A stretch of DNA of 64,000 nt from Octopus sinensis (Eukaryota), in assembly GCF_006345805.1 (NCBI RefSeq), contig NC_043005.1, forward strand, positions 79,174,001-79,238,000, in the 5' to 3' direction. Shown here one piece after another: positions 39,339 through 52,796 of the stretch. Numbering within the stretch: position 1 is the first letter of the stretch; each line of letters starts with the position of its first letter. The translations under genes were made by a program, and so were the position numbers. Under the pieces are notes generated by a model. That model had not been told where the DNA came from and did no database searches. It saw only the letters and a program-made list of their open reading frames with translations.

Positions 39339-39862
39339 CATCATTGTATAAATTTGTTTTTTGGTGTCAAACGGTTAAATATGAGTCAGTGAATGTGTTA
39401 GCGCGTTACCATTTCAATACGTAATCGTGCGTGCGTGTGTATGCGCACGAGTGAATGTATGTGCGTGTTTGTGTGTGTATGCGTTTGTGCGTATAGAAGG
39501 GTGTGCTTTTTGTTATATTTCTTTGCTGGCATTATTATGTGTTCAATGTCATTTGATCGAACTCACTTAACAATTGTATGAATAAAATAGTGAGGTGTGT
39601 ACTAACAGCTGAAAATTCATTCAAATTATTCTTTTGTATTCCTATTCATATTATTTAAACCTCACATTTATTTCTGTTTTTTTTTACTTCTTCTTATTCC
39701 ATTTTATTTAGCATTATATCCTCAAATAAAAGAAAAAAATGGAACCAATGTGCTACTTTTGAAATATTGTATTAAAAGATCCATTGTGTGAATTTTTTCT
39801 TCTTTAAAGAAAGCCATACACACACACATATACATATATACATATGTTATATATATATATAT

Positions 39863-39914
<52 letters not shown>

Positions 39915-40037
39915 CTACATATATGTGTGTGTCTATATACATATCTTTATTTATAAATATATGTGTGTGTGCGTTATATATATATATATATATATATATG
40001 CATATATATATATATTATATATGTATTTATATATATG

Positions 40038-40069
<32 letters not shown>

Positions 40070-40074
40070 ATGCA

Positions 40075-40105
<31 letters not shown>

Positions 40106-40166
40106 CATATATATAAACATATATACATACATATATATATATATTATATATATATATATAACATAT

Positions 40167-40217
<51 letters not shown>

Positions 40218-41214
40218 ATGTATGTATCTCTGACATTTGACTCCTGTTCTCTTCTAGAAGAATGCAAATATTTCTTACAAGAAAATGTCAAATCAACAAC
40301 ATAAAGCCTTCTTTACAATACTTTTAAAAAATCTTTTTCCTTTCTATTGGAGCGGCAAAGTTCATAGAACACTTGTTTACAAGCAATTTTTTTTCTATTT
40401 TCTGTTCTATGTTTTGTTTTTTGCTATTTTATTTTATATTTTGTTTTGTTTTGTTATTGTGACGGAAAACAGACGTTTGCGTCTGTGGGAAAATATTAAG
40501 ATAATCAATAGCCGAAGAAAATTATTCTTGATGTTATAGTTTCTTTAAAGAGAAATTTTTACCTTAAAGTTAAATTCAAGTGTGCAAATAAAAACTGTTC
40601 TACATATATATTCTGATAAATGAAAATAAACATAGTGTGAACAAAATAAAAAAAGTAACGAAAACAAAAAACATTAAAAGATAATTCCAATAAAAACAAA
40701 TTTAAAAAATATTAAATTGAAGAAAATAAAAGAATGTATAGAAATAAGAAATAAAAGAGAATAATAATAGACTAAGAAGTGAGAGGAAACCTTTGCTGTT
40801 CACGTTATAAAAAATATATTTTCTTGTTCAAGCGAACATATGTATCCACGGATGTCTCACTTAATCTCAGAAGAGATACACTATCATAAACATAGTTACA
40901 AGTACAGGTGCACATATATACACAGGAAAACACAAATTCACTTAAGCAAGCTCGCACGCACGCAGATGCACACACACACACACACTCACTCCTATCTGTT
41001 GTATTGGAACACGACTGTGTTTAAGGTATATCTTATTATTAATTTTATTGTTTATTTTTTTACTCACAATTTCCTTACAGTTTGGAATAGTGAGGATCTT
41101 TAATCCGTTATCGATGTTTCTAAACCCCAATAGTAACATCTTTTAACGAAACTCAAATGAACGATCGACAGTACAGTAACTTCTGTTCTTAATGTTCCAG
41201 TTTCAGACATTAGT

Positions 41215-41580
41215 CTGTGACCATGCTGGAGCAACACTTTGAAGTGATTTATCGGAGCAAGTGGGCCTCAGTACATATTATTTTTAAAACCTGCCATTTA
41301 TTCTCTCAGTTTTTCCCCGAACCGCTATGTCACCTGGTCGTAAGCGAACCAACACCGATTGCAAAGCAGTGATGAGGGACTAACGTAAACACAAATACAC
41401 ATATATATTGATATATTCATATACATTCGTCGGGCTTCTTTCAATTTCCGTCTACTAAATCCACTCACAAAGCTGAGACCGGCTCGGAGCTCTAGGCGAA
41501 GACATTTGTCTAAATAGCCACGCAGCGGGACTGAAACTGGAACCATGTGATTTGGAAGCAAGTTTCTTATCATCCAGTCA
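41215..41580 (-). mobile_element. tRNA-derived SINE (family B)
   Basis: Reverse complement matches 43209-43580. Confidence 0.75.
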
Positions 41581-41859
41581 CACCTGCACCTACATAGAGA
41601 GAACAAATCCTCTTGTCCATATATCCTTAGAGGTGCTAGATCAGTGGTCCTCAGTCGGACTCTATACGGCTCCTGAGTGTCCATATGAAATTTGGGAGTG
41701 GGAAGAATGAAAAGAATAGTAAATTTGCGGTCTACGATAATATCTTAACAACCCCAGAATAGATTTTGCTTTAGATGTATGCGTTAGTATGTATTGCAAG
41801 AAACAGCTAAAGTTCTTTCTCTATGTTCTATATATTCTATATTCTATTTAGAATATTCT

Positions 41860-42030
41860 ATATAGTTCAATCTACACAACTTAATGTGGGAAAAGAAAAA
41901 CGAATTTTGAAAGAAGCTTTAATAAAACTAGTTTTTAAACATCAATTATCTATGGAGTCCACGAGAAAAAAATATCTATCAAAGGGATCCAGGGATAAAA
42001 TGAATGTGGTTGAGACACCCTGATCTAGAT
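41860..42030 (+). mobile_element. Possible PLE RT fragment
   Basis: ILKEALIKLVFKHQ..KKYLSKG loosely resembles the segment before the RT QxxG motif. Confidence 0.25.
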
Positions 42031-42399
42031 AGTAGACCAAAGAGGCTGTTACGCGTTCAGATAATGACAAAAAAAAACTCCTAGATTTGATTAGAGGATG
42101 CTATTTCCAAGATATTCTTTCGTCTCCCGAAACATCCATGAAGGTACTGCATCATATTTCAAGAGTTTCTTCTCGAAGAAGATTCAAGTTAATTTTCACA
42201 CATATAATCCACAATTAATTGAAGATCATGAAAATCCTGTGATGTGGTTGGACTAATGAGCATATTGCAATAGCTGTCTGAGAGAAAGTGCCCACAAATG
42301 CATTGATACACATAAAAGATAAAACTTGATTCATTCTTCACCGGATTTGTTGTATAATATTTTTGCTCATTGCAATTCGTATGGTGTCTCATGTAAAGA

Positions 42400-43125
42400 C
42401 TTCTTATTTCTTTATTGCCCACAAGGGGCTGAACATAGAGGGGACAAACAAGCACAGACAAAGGGATTAAGTCGATTACATCGACCCCACTGCATAATTG
42501 GTACTTAATTTATTGTCCCCGAAAGGATGAAAGGCAAAGTCAACTTCGGCAGAATTTGAACTCAGAACGTAACGGCAGACGAAATGCCGATAAAGATTTC
42601 GCCCGGTGTGCTAAAGTTTCTGCCAGCTCGCCGCCTTATTGTGGTTCCTAAGCAAGCTACTTACCACATAGCCACTCCTACGCCTTATGTTTATTTTTCC
42701 TTATCTGCCTGGTGATAGGTTTCCAATTTTGGCACAAGGCCAACGGGTTCGGCAACAAGTCGATTACATCGAATCCAGTACTTCACTCTTATTTATTTTA
42801 TTGCCTCCGAAAGGGTGAAATGGCGAAATTGACTTTATGGAATCTGAACTCAGAACGTAAAGATTGATGAAATGCTTCTAAGCATTTATACCTATTTCTT
42901 TATTACCCACAAGGGGCTAAAGACAGAGGGGACAAACAAAGACAGACATAGGTATTAAGTCGATTTCATCGACCCCAGTGCGTAACTGGTACTTAATTTA
43001 TCGACCCCGAAAGGATGAAAGGCAAAATCAACCTCGGCGGAATTTGAACTCAGAACGTAACGACAGACGAAATACGGCTACGCATTTCGCCCGGCGTGCT
43101 AACGTTTCTGCCAGCTCGCTTCTAA
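42400..43125 (-). mobile_element. Cluster of about three SINE family A copies
   Basis: Repeated cgaccccgaaaggatgaaaggcaaa..gaactcagaacgtaa. Confidence 0.8.
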
Positions 43126-43208
43126 GGATTTATACCGGTGTGCTTGCCATTGTGCCACTAAAGTTGCCTTAATCTTTCTTGAGATAAGATTAACTAAAAT
43201 TTATGAAC

Positions 43209-43580
43209 AAGAGTGGCTGTGATGTAAGTATCTTGCTTACGAACCACATGGTTCCGAGTTTAGTCCCACTGCGTGGCACCTTGGAGAAGTGTCTTCTACT
43301 ATAGCCGGGGGCCGACCAAAGTCTTGTGAGTGGATTTGGTAGACGGAAACTGAATATATATGCATGTGTGTGTGTGTATATATTTGTGTGTCTGTGTTTG
43401 TCTCCTCAACATCACTTGACTACCAATGCTGGTGTGTTTACGTTCCCGTCACTTAGCGGTTCGGAAAAAGTGACATATATTAAGTACTAGGCTTACAAAG
43501 AATAATTCCTGGGGTCGATTTGCTCGATTAAAGGCAGTGCTCCAGCATGGCCACAGTCAAATGACTGAAACAAGTAAAAA
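43209..43580 (+). mobile_element. tRNA-derived SINE (family B), full length
   Basis: Head gagtggctgtg..gtaag..ggttccgagtttagtcccac; tail aaaggcagtgctccagcatggccacagtcaaatgactgaaacaagtaaa. Confidence 0.85.
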
Positions 43581-43899
43581 AGTTGGAGTTCCAAACAGCT
43601 TCGAATTTGCAGATTTTATTAGTACATTGGAGTAGATGCATCTAGTCATTGCCCTGTCTTTAGCTTTACATACTTTTGAAGTCTATGAGTAAACTACGTG
43701 AAAAGTGCTCGAGTGGTCATTCCAGCTCTCTCCCCTTGTTTCTAAATCAGCTACATAACAATGTTTGCCAGACAAGTTTCTTTTCTTCACAAATGTAGAA
43801 AGGTTCAATGCGTGCAAGCGCAACATCTAGACATATGAAAACTATTATGCTGATTTTCCCGTAGATTTGAAAAGGTCAGTCCGACATGTAATATTAATA

Positions 43900-44550
43900 A
43901 TCTTCTCTGCTATGGGTACAAGGCCTGAAATTTTGGGGAAGGTGGCAAGTAGATAACATTAACACCAGGAGTCAACTGGTCATTATTTCATCGATACCTA
44001 AAGGATAAGCAACAAATTCGACCTCGGCGGAATTCGAACATAGAACGTAAAGTCAGACAAAATGCCGCCAAGCACAATTCGAGCCTGCTATCGATATTGC
44101 CAGTTCGCAGATTTACGTAATATTGGTTTCAAATTTTGACACAAGGCCAGCAATTCTGGGGGTGGGTGGATTGTACCAAAGTCGATTACATCAACTCTAG
44201 TGTTCAATTGATACTTATTTCATTGATCCCGAAAAGATAAAAGGCAAAGTCGACCGCGAGATAAAAGGCAAAGTCGAAGACGGACTTAATGCAGCTAAGA
44301 TTTCTGTACGGTGTGCTGACGATACTGCTAGATCGCAACCTTGTTGCCTTAAGTAATATTAACAATGAATTTTTTGTCTCCCACCACTGCTTGACAACCG
44401 ATGTTGGTTTCTTTACGTCCCTGTAATTAGCGACGCCGGCTAAAGAGACTGATAAAAAGTTGAAAAACGGGAAGGGTGTCGATTAATTCGACTAAAAAAT
44501 TCTTCAAGACGATGCTCTAGCATGGCCACAATCTAATAACTGAAAGAACT
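43900..44550. mobile_element. Degenerate SINE A (minus) and SINE B tail (plus) fragments
   Basis: Partial motif matches to intact copies. Confidence 0.6.
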
Positions 44551-44554
44551 AAAA

Positions 44555-44600
<46 letters not shown>

Positions 44601-44902
44601 GAATAATATACATATGTATATAATTATATTAAGGACGCAAGAGGGAAAACGACGTATCACCAACATGTTTAAAGTGCTAAAACCTTAAAAAAATAACTAC
44701 CAAAAACTTCAGATATACATATGCATGGCTGAAAGCGGAGTAGTGAAAGAATATTAAAAAAAAACATGTTAATTGTGAAATGGTTCCAATTCTGAATTAA
44801 AACCATAAAGAGGTTTTTTCCTTCGTCAACACGAAACACGGGAAATATAAATACAAATAATTGTACATGCCATACAAAGCAGATTCACGCGTCTACATAC
44901 AA

Positions 44903-45803
44903 ATATTTGTATATATAAATCCAAGATAAGTCAATTTTGAATCCCTTCAAGACAGCCACGTATATATTATAAGAATAGCGAAGTGATAAGGGCTATTCCG
45001 GGCAGGAGAAAAATAATTTAATTATTTTATTCTATTTATTAATTCATAATAGAATATAATGGTAAAGATCACATTAATGATTTTCATCATATAGTCAGCA
45101 TGCTATAAAAATTTATAGGCAATTTATACATTAAAAGAATAATAAAATACATATGTATATAATTATATTAAAGGAGGAAGAGTAAAAACGACCTATGCGT
45201 ATGTTTTTCTGGAGTTTTTGGTAGTTTTTTGAAGGTCTTGGCACTTCAGCATGCTTGCTACCATTATATACATATGTATATTATTGGAAGCACTCCGTCG
45301 GTTACGACGACGAGGGTTCCGGTTGATCCGAATCAACGGAACAGCCTGCTCGTGAAATTAACGTGTAAGTGGCTGAGCACTCCACAGACACGTGTACCCT
45401 TAACGTAGTTCTTGAGGATATTCAGCGTGACACAGAGATTGACAAGGCCGGCCCTTTGAAATACACTTACAACAGAAAGAGGAAGTAAGAGTGAGAGAAA
45501 GTTGTGGTGAAAGAGTACAGCAGGGATCACCACCATCCCCTGCCGGAGCCTCGTGGAGCTTTAGGTGTTTTCGCTCAATAAACACTCACAACGCCCGGTC
45601 TGGGAATCGAAATCGCGATGCTAACCACTGGGCCATTGCGCCTCGACATGTATGTTATTATCAATTTAATGTATAATTTTTTATAGCATGCTGTCTACCT
45701 GAATAAATCATTAACATGATGTTTATCCTTATACATATATATATTTGTATATATAAATCCAAGATAAGTCAATTTTAAATCCCTTCAAGACAGCCACGTA
45801 TAT
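44903..45803. repeat. 63-bp direct repeats (44903-44965, 45741-45803, one mismatch) enclosing an imperfect fold-back and a SINE
   Basis: atatttgtatatataaatccaagataagtcaatttt(g/a)aatcccttcaagacagccacgtatat twice. Confidence 0.75.
45283..45647 (-). mobile_element. tRNA-derived SINE (family C)
   Basis: Head gaggcgcaatggcccagtggttag..tttcgattcccagacc. Confidence 0.8.
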
Positions 45804-46029
45804 TCAATGACGCTGTATAAACTCTATATTTGGGATGACCAATTTTAAATACTATTGGATTTTACTCATACGGTATTGAAATCTTATATGTATACCATTT
45901 TGCCTTAAAAAAAGTGGGTCTACAAATGCAATATCCCTACACATCTCACGTGTATTTTCTTTCTTCCATCTCACTCTCTGTTTTGTATCTTATCCTAAAT
46001 TAACTATTACTTAACCATTGTCTCATACC

Positions 46030-46077
46030 GTCTTCGATGAAGGGATATAACAGACATCCTGGAAACAGCTGTAAGAC
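46030..46077 (+). ncRNA. Minimal HHR motif, core UCGAUGA
   Basis: GTCT-TCGATGA-A-GGGAT/ATAACAGAC/ATCCT-G-GAAA-CAGCTG-TA-AGAC; palindrome ACAGCTGT. Confidence 0.6.
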
Positions 46078-46804
46078 CTTCAATCTCCAAATGTTCTAAC
46101 ATCTACACAGCCTTTGTTTTTTTTTATCTCATTACAAAAAGAAATGTTTATATACACACGCAGACATATGACCTGACACCTTTGGGTCTCAATGACTCAT
46201 TACCTCTCATACACACAGACACTCACACACACGCACACACACACATATGTATATATATATACATATATATATATACATATATATACATATATATACATAT
46301 ATATACATATATATATACATACACACACACAAACATACAATCTCACACATACACATATAAAGTTCGACGAAATGTTTTAAAGGGTAAACATCTTAGTCAC
46401 CTATTATTACGACGAGTCACATGATGTCATACATTTGGTTAATATACTTAATAACCTTGTTTACAATTTACTGAACCAGATTACCTAGTTCCCACAATAT
46501 AACGCATTCGTTCGGGTGTCTCACAGATGCAACTCTCTATTTCCCTCTTTCCTTTTGACTATTATTTTTCGAAGCCAACAACCAGTTGTAGACCAAAAAT
46601 TCCTCCATGTCGCTACGTGAACTTAGAGTAATAGAATATATATGTGTGTGAATGTGCGCGCGAGAGATAGTATGCGCGCTATGGGGAAAATGTCAAACTC
46701 TCTATCTGGCCAACCCTCAAGCTAATATATTCATTCCTTGTACACGTCCTCTTGCCAGTTAATTTTACTTGTTTATTTGCATCGATTGTTTTCTTGAACT
46801 GACT

Positions 46805-47060
46805 ATATATATCTCTTATATAAAATCCGTTCTCACTGTCTGTGTGTGTGGTTTCTAGGATCTCGGACATTCTCCATCCGATTGCGGTCAAATTTGATAT
46901 GTAGATACCGACGGCATCAGGGCGTGTATAAGTTTTGAAAAAATTGCAAAAATCGATTCCATGTGAAAATGGAATAGAAAAAAAGTCTATCTTTATTTCT
47001 TCTTTTGCTGGTGTCTGAAATTTAGGTTGAGAAAATTTGGTTTAAATGTTTGACAACTCA
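46805..47060 (+). mobile_element. Possible HINE/DINE-1-like (Helentron-associated) element 5' part
   Basis: TA-rich start, ctgtctgtgtgtg microsatellite, then ccgattgcggtcaaatttgatatg core-like segment. Confidence 0.4.
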
Positions 47061-47098
47061 GCACTCTCCATTGGACGTGGGGGAGGGGCGTTTTGTTC

Positions 47099-47136
<38 letters not shown>

Positions 47137-47139
<3 letters not shown>

Positions 47140-47385
47140 GAAGACCAGACGTCGCCCATGCATACCGGCCTCTCCTCTCCACGCCACCAGTTTTATCCAA
47201 AGGAAAGGCAAAGGTCGATACAGCTTGGCACCTGTAACGCCGCAAGTCATTTCTACAGCTGAGTGAACTGGTGCAATGTGAAATAAAGTATCTTGCTCAA
47301 GAAGACAACACGCAGCCCGCTCCGTGATTCAAACTCACAACCTCGCAATCGTAAGCTCGACGCTCCAACCACTGAGCCAAGCGCC

Positions 47386-47390
<5 letters not shown>
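47137..47390 (-). mobile_element. tRNA-derived SINE (family D); partial relatives at 47930-48070 and 49720-49920
   Basis: Head gtgaaggcgcttggctcagtggttggagcgtcgagcttacg..gtgagtttgaatc. Confidence 0.8.
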
Positions 47391-47469
<79 letters not shown>

Positions 47470-48083
47470 ATTGTTAAACAGAAACAAAAAGCATTAAGGC
47501 AAGGCAAACTTCTCGAATTGTATACAATATTATTATAGAGACAAATTTCTTCCTATAATAATATCGTATATGACACGTCCTGTTTAACAATCATATATCC
47601 GCTGCATCGGAAATCTGCTATGGTTCCATAACTACCGTCTCGGCTATAACCTTGGAACCCCAGTAATCCGTTACAGGACATACCTAGCGTTCCTCATCGT
47701 TTAGATCACCTGTGAAATAAACCACCCTAGGTCGTGTGTGTGTCTCTCTCGCTATATTTATATTTACGAATTCGTACTAACATATATACATATCACGATA
47801 TCGACCATTGTATTACATGCCGTAATACGTCGCTTATAACAAATCCGCTGCGCATTGTCTTAGACCTCTACTGATGCCACGTCACTCATTACACTAGCAG
47901 GTTAAAATCTCCCGCTAATCCGAAGGCTATTTCATTTACAGCTGTGTGGACAGAAGCAACGTGAAATGAAGTGTTTTGTTCAAGTAGACAACACGTCACC
48001 TGATCCGGGAATCGAACCCACGTTCTAACGACCGAGGAAGACATTCTAAACACTAGGTAATGCGCCTTCACACAAACGTATAT

Positions 48084-48682
48084 ATTTATTTACTACCCAC
48101 AAGGGGCTAAACATAGAGGGACAAACAAGGACAGATAAAGGGATGAAGTCGATTGCATCGAACCCAGTGCGAAACTTGTACTTCATTTATCGACCCCGAA
48201 AGGATGAAAGGTAAAGTCGACCTCGGCGGAATTCGAATTCAGAACGTGGCGACAGACGAAATACCTATTTCTATTTCTTTACTATCCACAAGGGGCTAAA
48301 CACAGAAAAGACAAACGGATTAAGTTGATTACATCGCCCCCAGTGCGAAACTGGTACTTCATTTATCGACCCCGAAAGGATGAAAGGTAAAGTCGACCTC
48401 GGCGAAATTTGAATTCAGAACGTAGCGACAGACGAAATACCTATTTCTATTTCTTTACTACCTACAAGGGGCTAAACACAGAAAGGACAAACAAGGACAG
48501 ACAAAGGGATTAAGTCGATTATATATGGCCCCCAGTGCGAAACTGGTACTTCATTTATCGACCCCGAAAGGATGAAAAGTAAAGTCGACCTCGGCGGAAT
48601 TTGAACTCAGAACGTAGCGACAGACGAAATACTGCTAAGCATTTCGCCCGGCGTGCTAACGTTTCTGCCAGCTTGCCGCCTT
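48084..48682 (-). mobile_element. SINE family A with one head and three tandem body units
   Basis: Three units of about 175-190 bp joined at gtatttcgtctgtcg; head at 48630-48682. Confidence 0.9.
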
Positions 48683-50209
48683 CTCTTCACACAAACGTAT
48701 ATGCACACTCACATATATGTCCCAGTGTCCCGGTGTCCTGGTGTCATGTATAATCTCCAAGTTTCTCTGTCTGTAGGTATGCGTGTGTTTGTTTTATGTA
48801 AGTGGCCTCTTTTTTTGTTTGCAAATGATTGAAGTATCACGCAGTCGTTACTACGAATTTATTTCTCATTTACGATCTCCCCCTATAACTAATGGGTAAT
48901 TCAAAGTATAAAACTCCCCACCTGCATTCATATTACTAAACCTCTAAGTTAAATTATAGCTCGGGATGAATATTCGAGCGTTCCCGTTGCTGCAGGTGCA
49001 GCTAATGCTCTTATTTTCACGCTTGTTACTTTTAAATTTGTTGCTATTGTTGTTCCACTGTTTGTTGTCGAATGTTTGTTGTATTCTTTGGTGCTCTTTA
49101 GTTCCAGCTGCTTTAATCACTTGTGACAACAGGTATTCCACTCATACAGCTTGTCATTGCTGTTTTCATCTTTGTAATTTTAAATCGTTCTTTTATCGAC
49201 ATCTGGGCTCATTTTCTTGTTTATTGGTGAATGAAATAACCCGTTTGCATATTTGGCAGCTGTAGACATGCCGAATTAAATCATGGCGTCTGTTTTGTAT
49301 GCCAGTATGATTGTATTGACGAATTTAATCAACCTACGAGGCTTTTCTTGCCGGACTGTCTTGTCTTCTACCGTAGTTCCGATTGGTGGATACAAATCTT
49401 ACCGATGAAATTATGCTGACGGGAACGGTAAGGTAGCTCGATGGCAGGACTGAACGAGTTTTGAGGATGTAGACTTAATCCAAAACCATCACCACCACCT
49501 CCAATACCATCAAGAAAACCACAAAAATCACGACCACAACTGCCACCGCCACACCACCCCACCCCATTCTTCATCGTCGCGGCTGCGTCCGCCACTACCA
49601 ATACCGCCACCAACATCAGGATTAACAACAGCACTCAAGTCTGAACTGTGTTGAATACATTCTGACCATTATTCCTTACAAAGAACTCAAACCATTTAGC
49701 TGCTCTCTCCTCATCTCAGATGAAGGTGTGTGGCCTAGTCGTTTGAATATTGCACCCACGATCATAAAATTGTGGTTTCGAATCCAAGACCGGTGAGCCC
49801 CTGAGCAAAATCTTTCAGGTATAAATGAGTAAATGAGGAACCCTGCGACGGATTGAATTTCTGTAAAGGAGGAAATGTTTTTATCTCGATCACTATGGAA
49901 AACTATGGAAACCGGATACTCGGCCCTACTTACTTTTATACCTAATTCAGTAACGCATGGAACGTGAGTTTTCGTCCCCTCTGAGCTACAGTCACGGATG
50001 TCCTATAGAATTTCAGAGGTGTTCACCTTTCACATCTGACTACGTATGAACAAGAAAATCAAAGTACCATTTACCAGTTACAGCAACAAATATTTTCCCG
50101 TGTCGTTAATTTTGCGGTCTGAAATTTCTTTTACAAATCCCCTTATCCTTTTATGAAATGTTATTTTTCTTTATACTACAAATGCCTTGGGGCCATTGTG
50201 TTGTTCTCA

Positions 50210-50660
50210 GCTAGGGTGACATGGAGTTGCGTGCCAGATAACCGACTACCAACGATAGTCCTCGTCAGCGAGATTGGGGCTAGAAGTAGCATCATGGACG
50301 ACTAAAACTTGGTTTTCATGATAATCTCAAACGGTCTCTCATTTTACGCGGTGTCATTTCCAGTTTTTTGGAGAGCTTTGCTGTTAATCTTAAGGCATGG
50401 AGGTCATTTTATGATGCTAGAGCAAAGCGCTTTGAAACCGAAGGAAGGAGACTGCATCAGACGAGGTGGAGACATCGTCTTCAGCCCCCTGCGAAGGTTG
50501 ATCCTGGTACACATTCAATGCCTTTAGTACCACAAGATCCACCTATCTCGTATAGACCTCATTAGCCACATCCACTCCTATGAGAAACAAAGAGCTGTAG
50601 ACGGAGGACGTTGTCTTGGATCAACCTTGCCATCACATTTGATGGATTGACATAAGCAAG
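50210..50660 (+). mobile_element. RTE-clade LINE 3' fragment
   Basis: PDNRLPTIVLVSEI..FHDNLKRSL..LESFAVNLKAWRS. Confidence 0.7.
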
Positions 50661-50902
50661 TAGATAATCTATTGCTTCTGTTAAGGACCCACTACACGCA
50701 GGTATGTCTATTTGGTTTAAAAGCTCGATTTATAATCACAGGGTTTCTGAGTCTGACTGCACGGTACATTGGTGAAGTGACTTCTACTATAGCCCCGGGC
50801 TGGTTAAATCCTTGTGAATGAATTTGCTAGAAGGAAAATATGTAAAATTCTATCGTGTACATACATACACATATGCATATATATGTAATATAATATATAT
50901 AC

Positions 50903-50973
<71 letters not shown>

Positions 50974-51022
50974 AATATATATATATATTATATATATATA
51001 TCATACATACATACATACATAC

Positions 51023-51063
<41 letters not shown>

Positions 51064-52008
51064 TTGGGTTGGCAACTATGTTCCCGCCGTTTTTTTAAAT
51101 ATAACTTTTTAAAAGGTTTTAAAAAATAAAACAACAACTAATTAATCAATAATATATTAACACTTGTTGTTTACAACTTCTTCCCAACGTTCAACGATAT
51201 TTTAAATTCTTCATTTGTAGAAATCACCTGATTTCGACTCGAAGAATTGATCCAACCATGCTCTCAATTCTGCATCCGTATTGAACGAAACTCCGCGTAT
51301 AGCATTTGAAAGAGATCGAAAGAGGCGGAAATCCGTTGGTGCCAAATCAAGAGAGTACGGTGGATATGGTAGCACTTCCCAGCCCTGCGTTTGAATGGCT
51401 TCCTTGGTCATATTGACAATATGAAGGCGAGCGTTGTCATGTAGCAGAAGAATTCCATGCGGGTTCCTATTGATGTACAGGAATAATTTTCGTCACCAGT
51501 AACGATTCGTGAAAGAAATCGTTGCTTGTGTCCATGAGTTGAGCGCTGACGAACAAGCAAACCAGCGGAGATTGTAGTGTGGGGAGCATTCCATTTTCTC
51601 TGCCAGTTCCCATGACCTTTGACGTAACTTCTCGTGCAAAAGTTGGACGGCTAGAATGAGGTGCCTCTTTGAAGTCAGATTTTCCATTTTTGAACTTGGC
51701 ATACCAATCACGAGCGGTTTTTTCAGCTATAGCACCCTCTCCATACACAGCACAAATGTCGCGAGTAGCGGTTGCGGCCTTAGAATTTGATTAAAAGCAA
51801 AAAGAAGGAGGTGTCAAAAATGCTTGTTTTTCATAACTTGATATTCCATTTTAATGATCTGAAAATAAACAAAAAATAACTAAAATCAATTAGAAAAAAA
51901 GAAACAACATAGATTCCAAAATGATTCCAAAATAGAAATTCTCCAAAAAAAAAAAAAAAATACATTCCAAAATTTGAAACAACAGCGGGAAATTAGCTGC
52001 TAACACAA
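51064..52008 (-). mobile_element. Internally deleted mariner transposon, about 945 bp
   Basis: TA-flanked imperfect TIRs ttgggttggcaactatgttcccgccgtt / aacagcgggaaattagctgctaacacaa; MYGEGAIAEKTARDWYAKFKNG and LPYPPYSLDLAPTDFRLFRSL. Confidence 0.9.
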
Positions 52009-52094
52009 TATATGCCAAACTAAGCACATAAATGTGAAATAAGGTGGGAAATATAGTACTTGAATACCAGAAGTTAGATTAATATGCTTTATTA

Positions 52095-52259
52095 TTATTA
52101 AAGCTGCGCAAACATCACAAAAATGTAACAAAAAAAATCTAAGAATTTCACGTTCCCATTCGTCGGACAGTTTTGTTTGAGGTATCTAAAATGTCCGACG
52201 AACGGGAACGTGAAACACTGAATAGCTTTTTTTGATATTTTTGTGATGTTTTCGCAACT

Positions 52260-52265
<6 letters not shown>
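52095..52265. repeat. Imperfect palindromic repeat with an HHR-like core on each strand (52146-52171 minus; 52195-52224 plus)
   Basis: TGT-CCGACGA-A(C/T)G/GGAA/CGT-GAAA on both arms; 3' halves decayed. Confidence 0.55.
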
Positions 52266-52314
<49 letters not shown>

Positions 52315-52371
52315 CAACAATAATATTAATAATAATAACAATATGTATATATATAGGCGTATATATATAGG

Positions 52372-52525
52372 CACATGTATGGCTGTGTGCTAAGAAGCTT
52401 GCTTCACAACCACATGCTTTTGGGTTCAGTCCCATAGCGTGCCACCTTGGGCAGGTGTCTTCTACTATAACCTCCGGCCGACGGAAGCTTTGTGAGTGAA
52501 TTTGGTAAACGGAGCCCGTCGTATA
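52372..52525 (+). mobile_element. SINE family B 5' part; another at 50700-50850
   Basis: ggctgtgtgctaagaagcttgcttc..gggttcagtcccatagcgtgccaccttgggc. Confidence 0.7.
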
Positions 52526-52747
52526 TATGGAGTGCTGATATGAGTAGAGATATGTATATATATATATATATATCGTTTTTGGATTTGGTTTGCGAGATTC
52601 TTTAACGAAGAGAATCAAAACTATTGAAAAGGTTGCAAGATGCAACGAAAACTTTAGAAAAATAACAAAGAAATAATTGGAAATTATACCGGTGAGCGTG
52701 TTAAGTTATAAGGCACTAAAAGACTCTGACTCTCGCCAGACACAGCA

Positions 52748-52796
<49 letters not shown>

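Noticed and set aside
48900-49310. HVYSCQICK resembling an integrase zinc finger
   Set aside because: The frame closes quickly and no integrase core follows.
49368-49634. Gly-rich 88-aa ORF
   Set aside because: Derived from a (CCA)n-like low-complexity tract.
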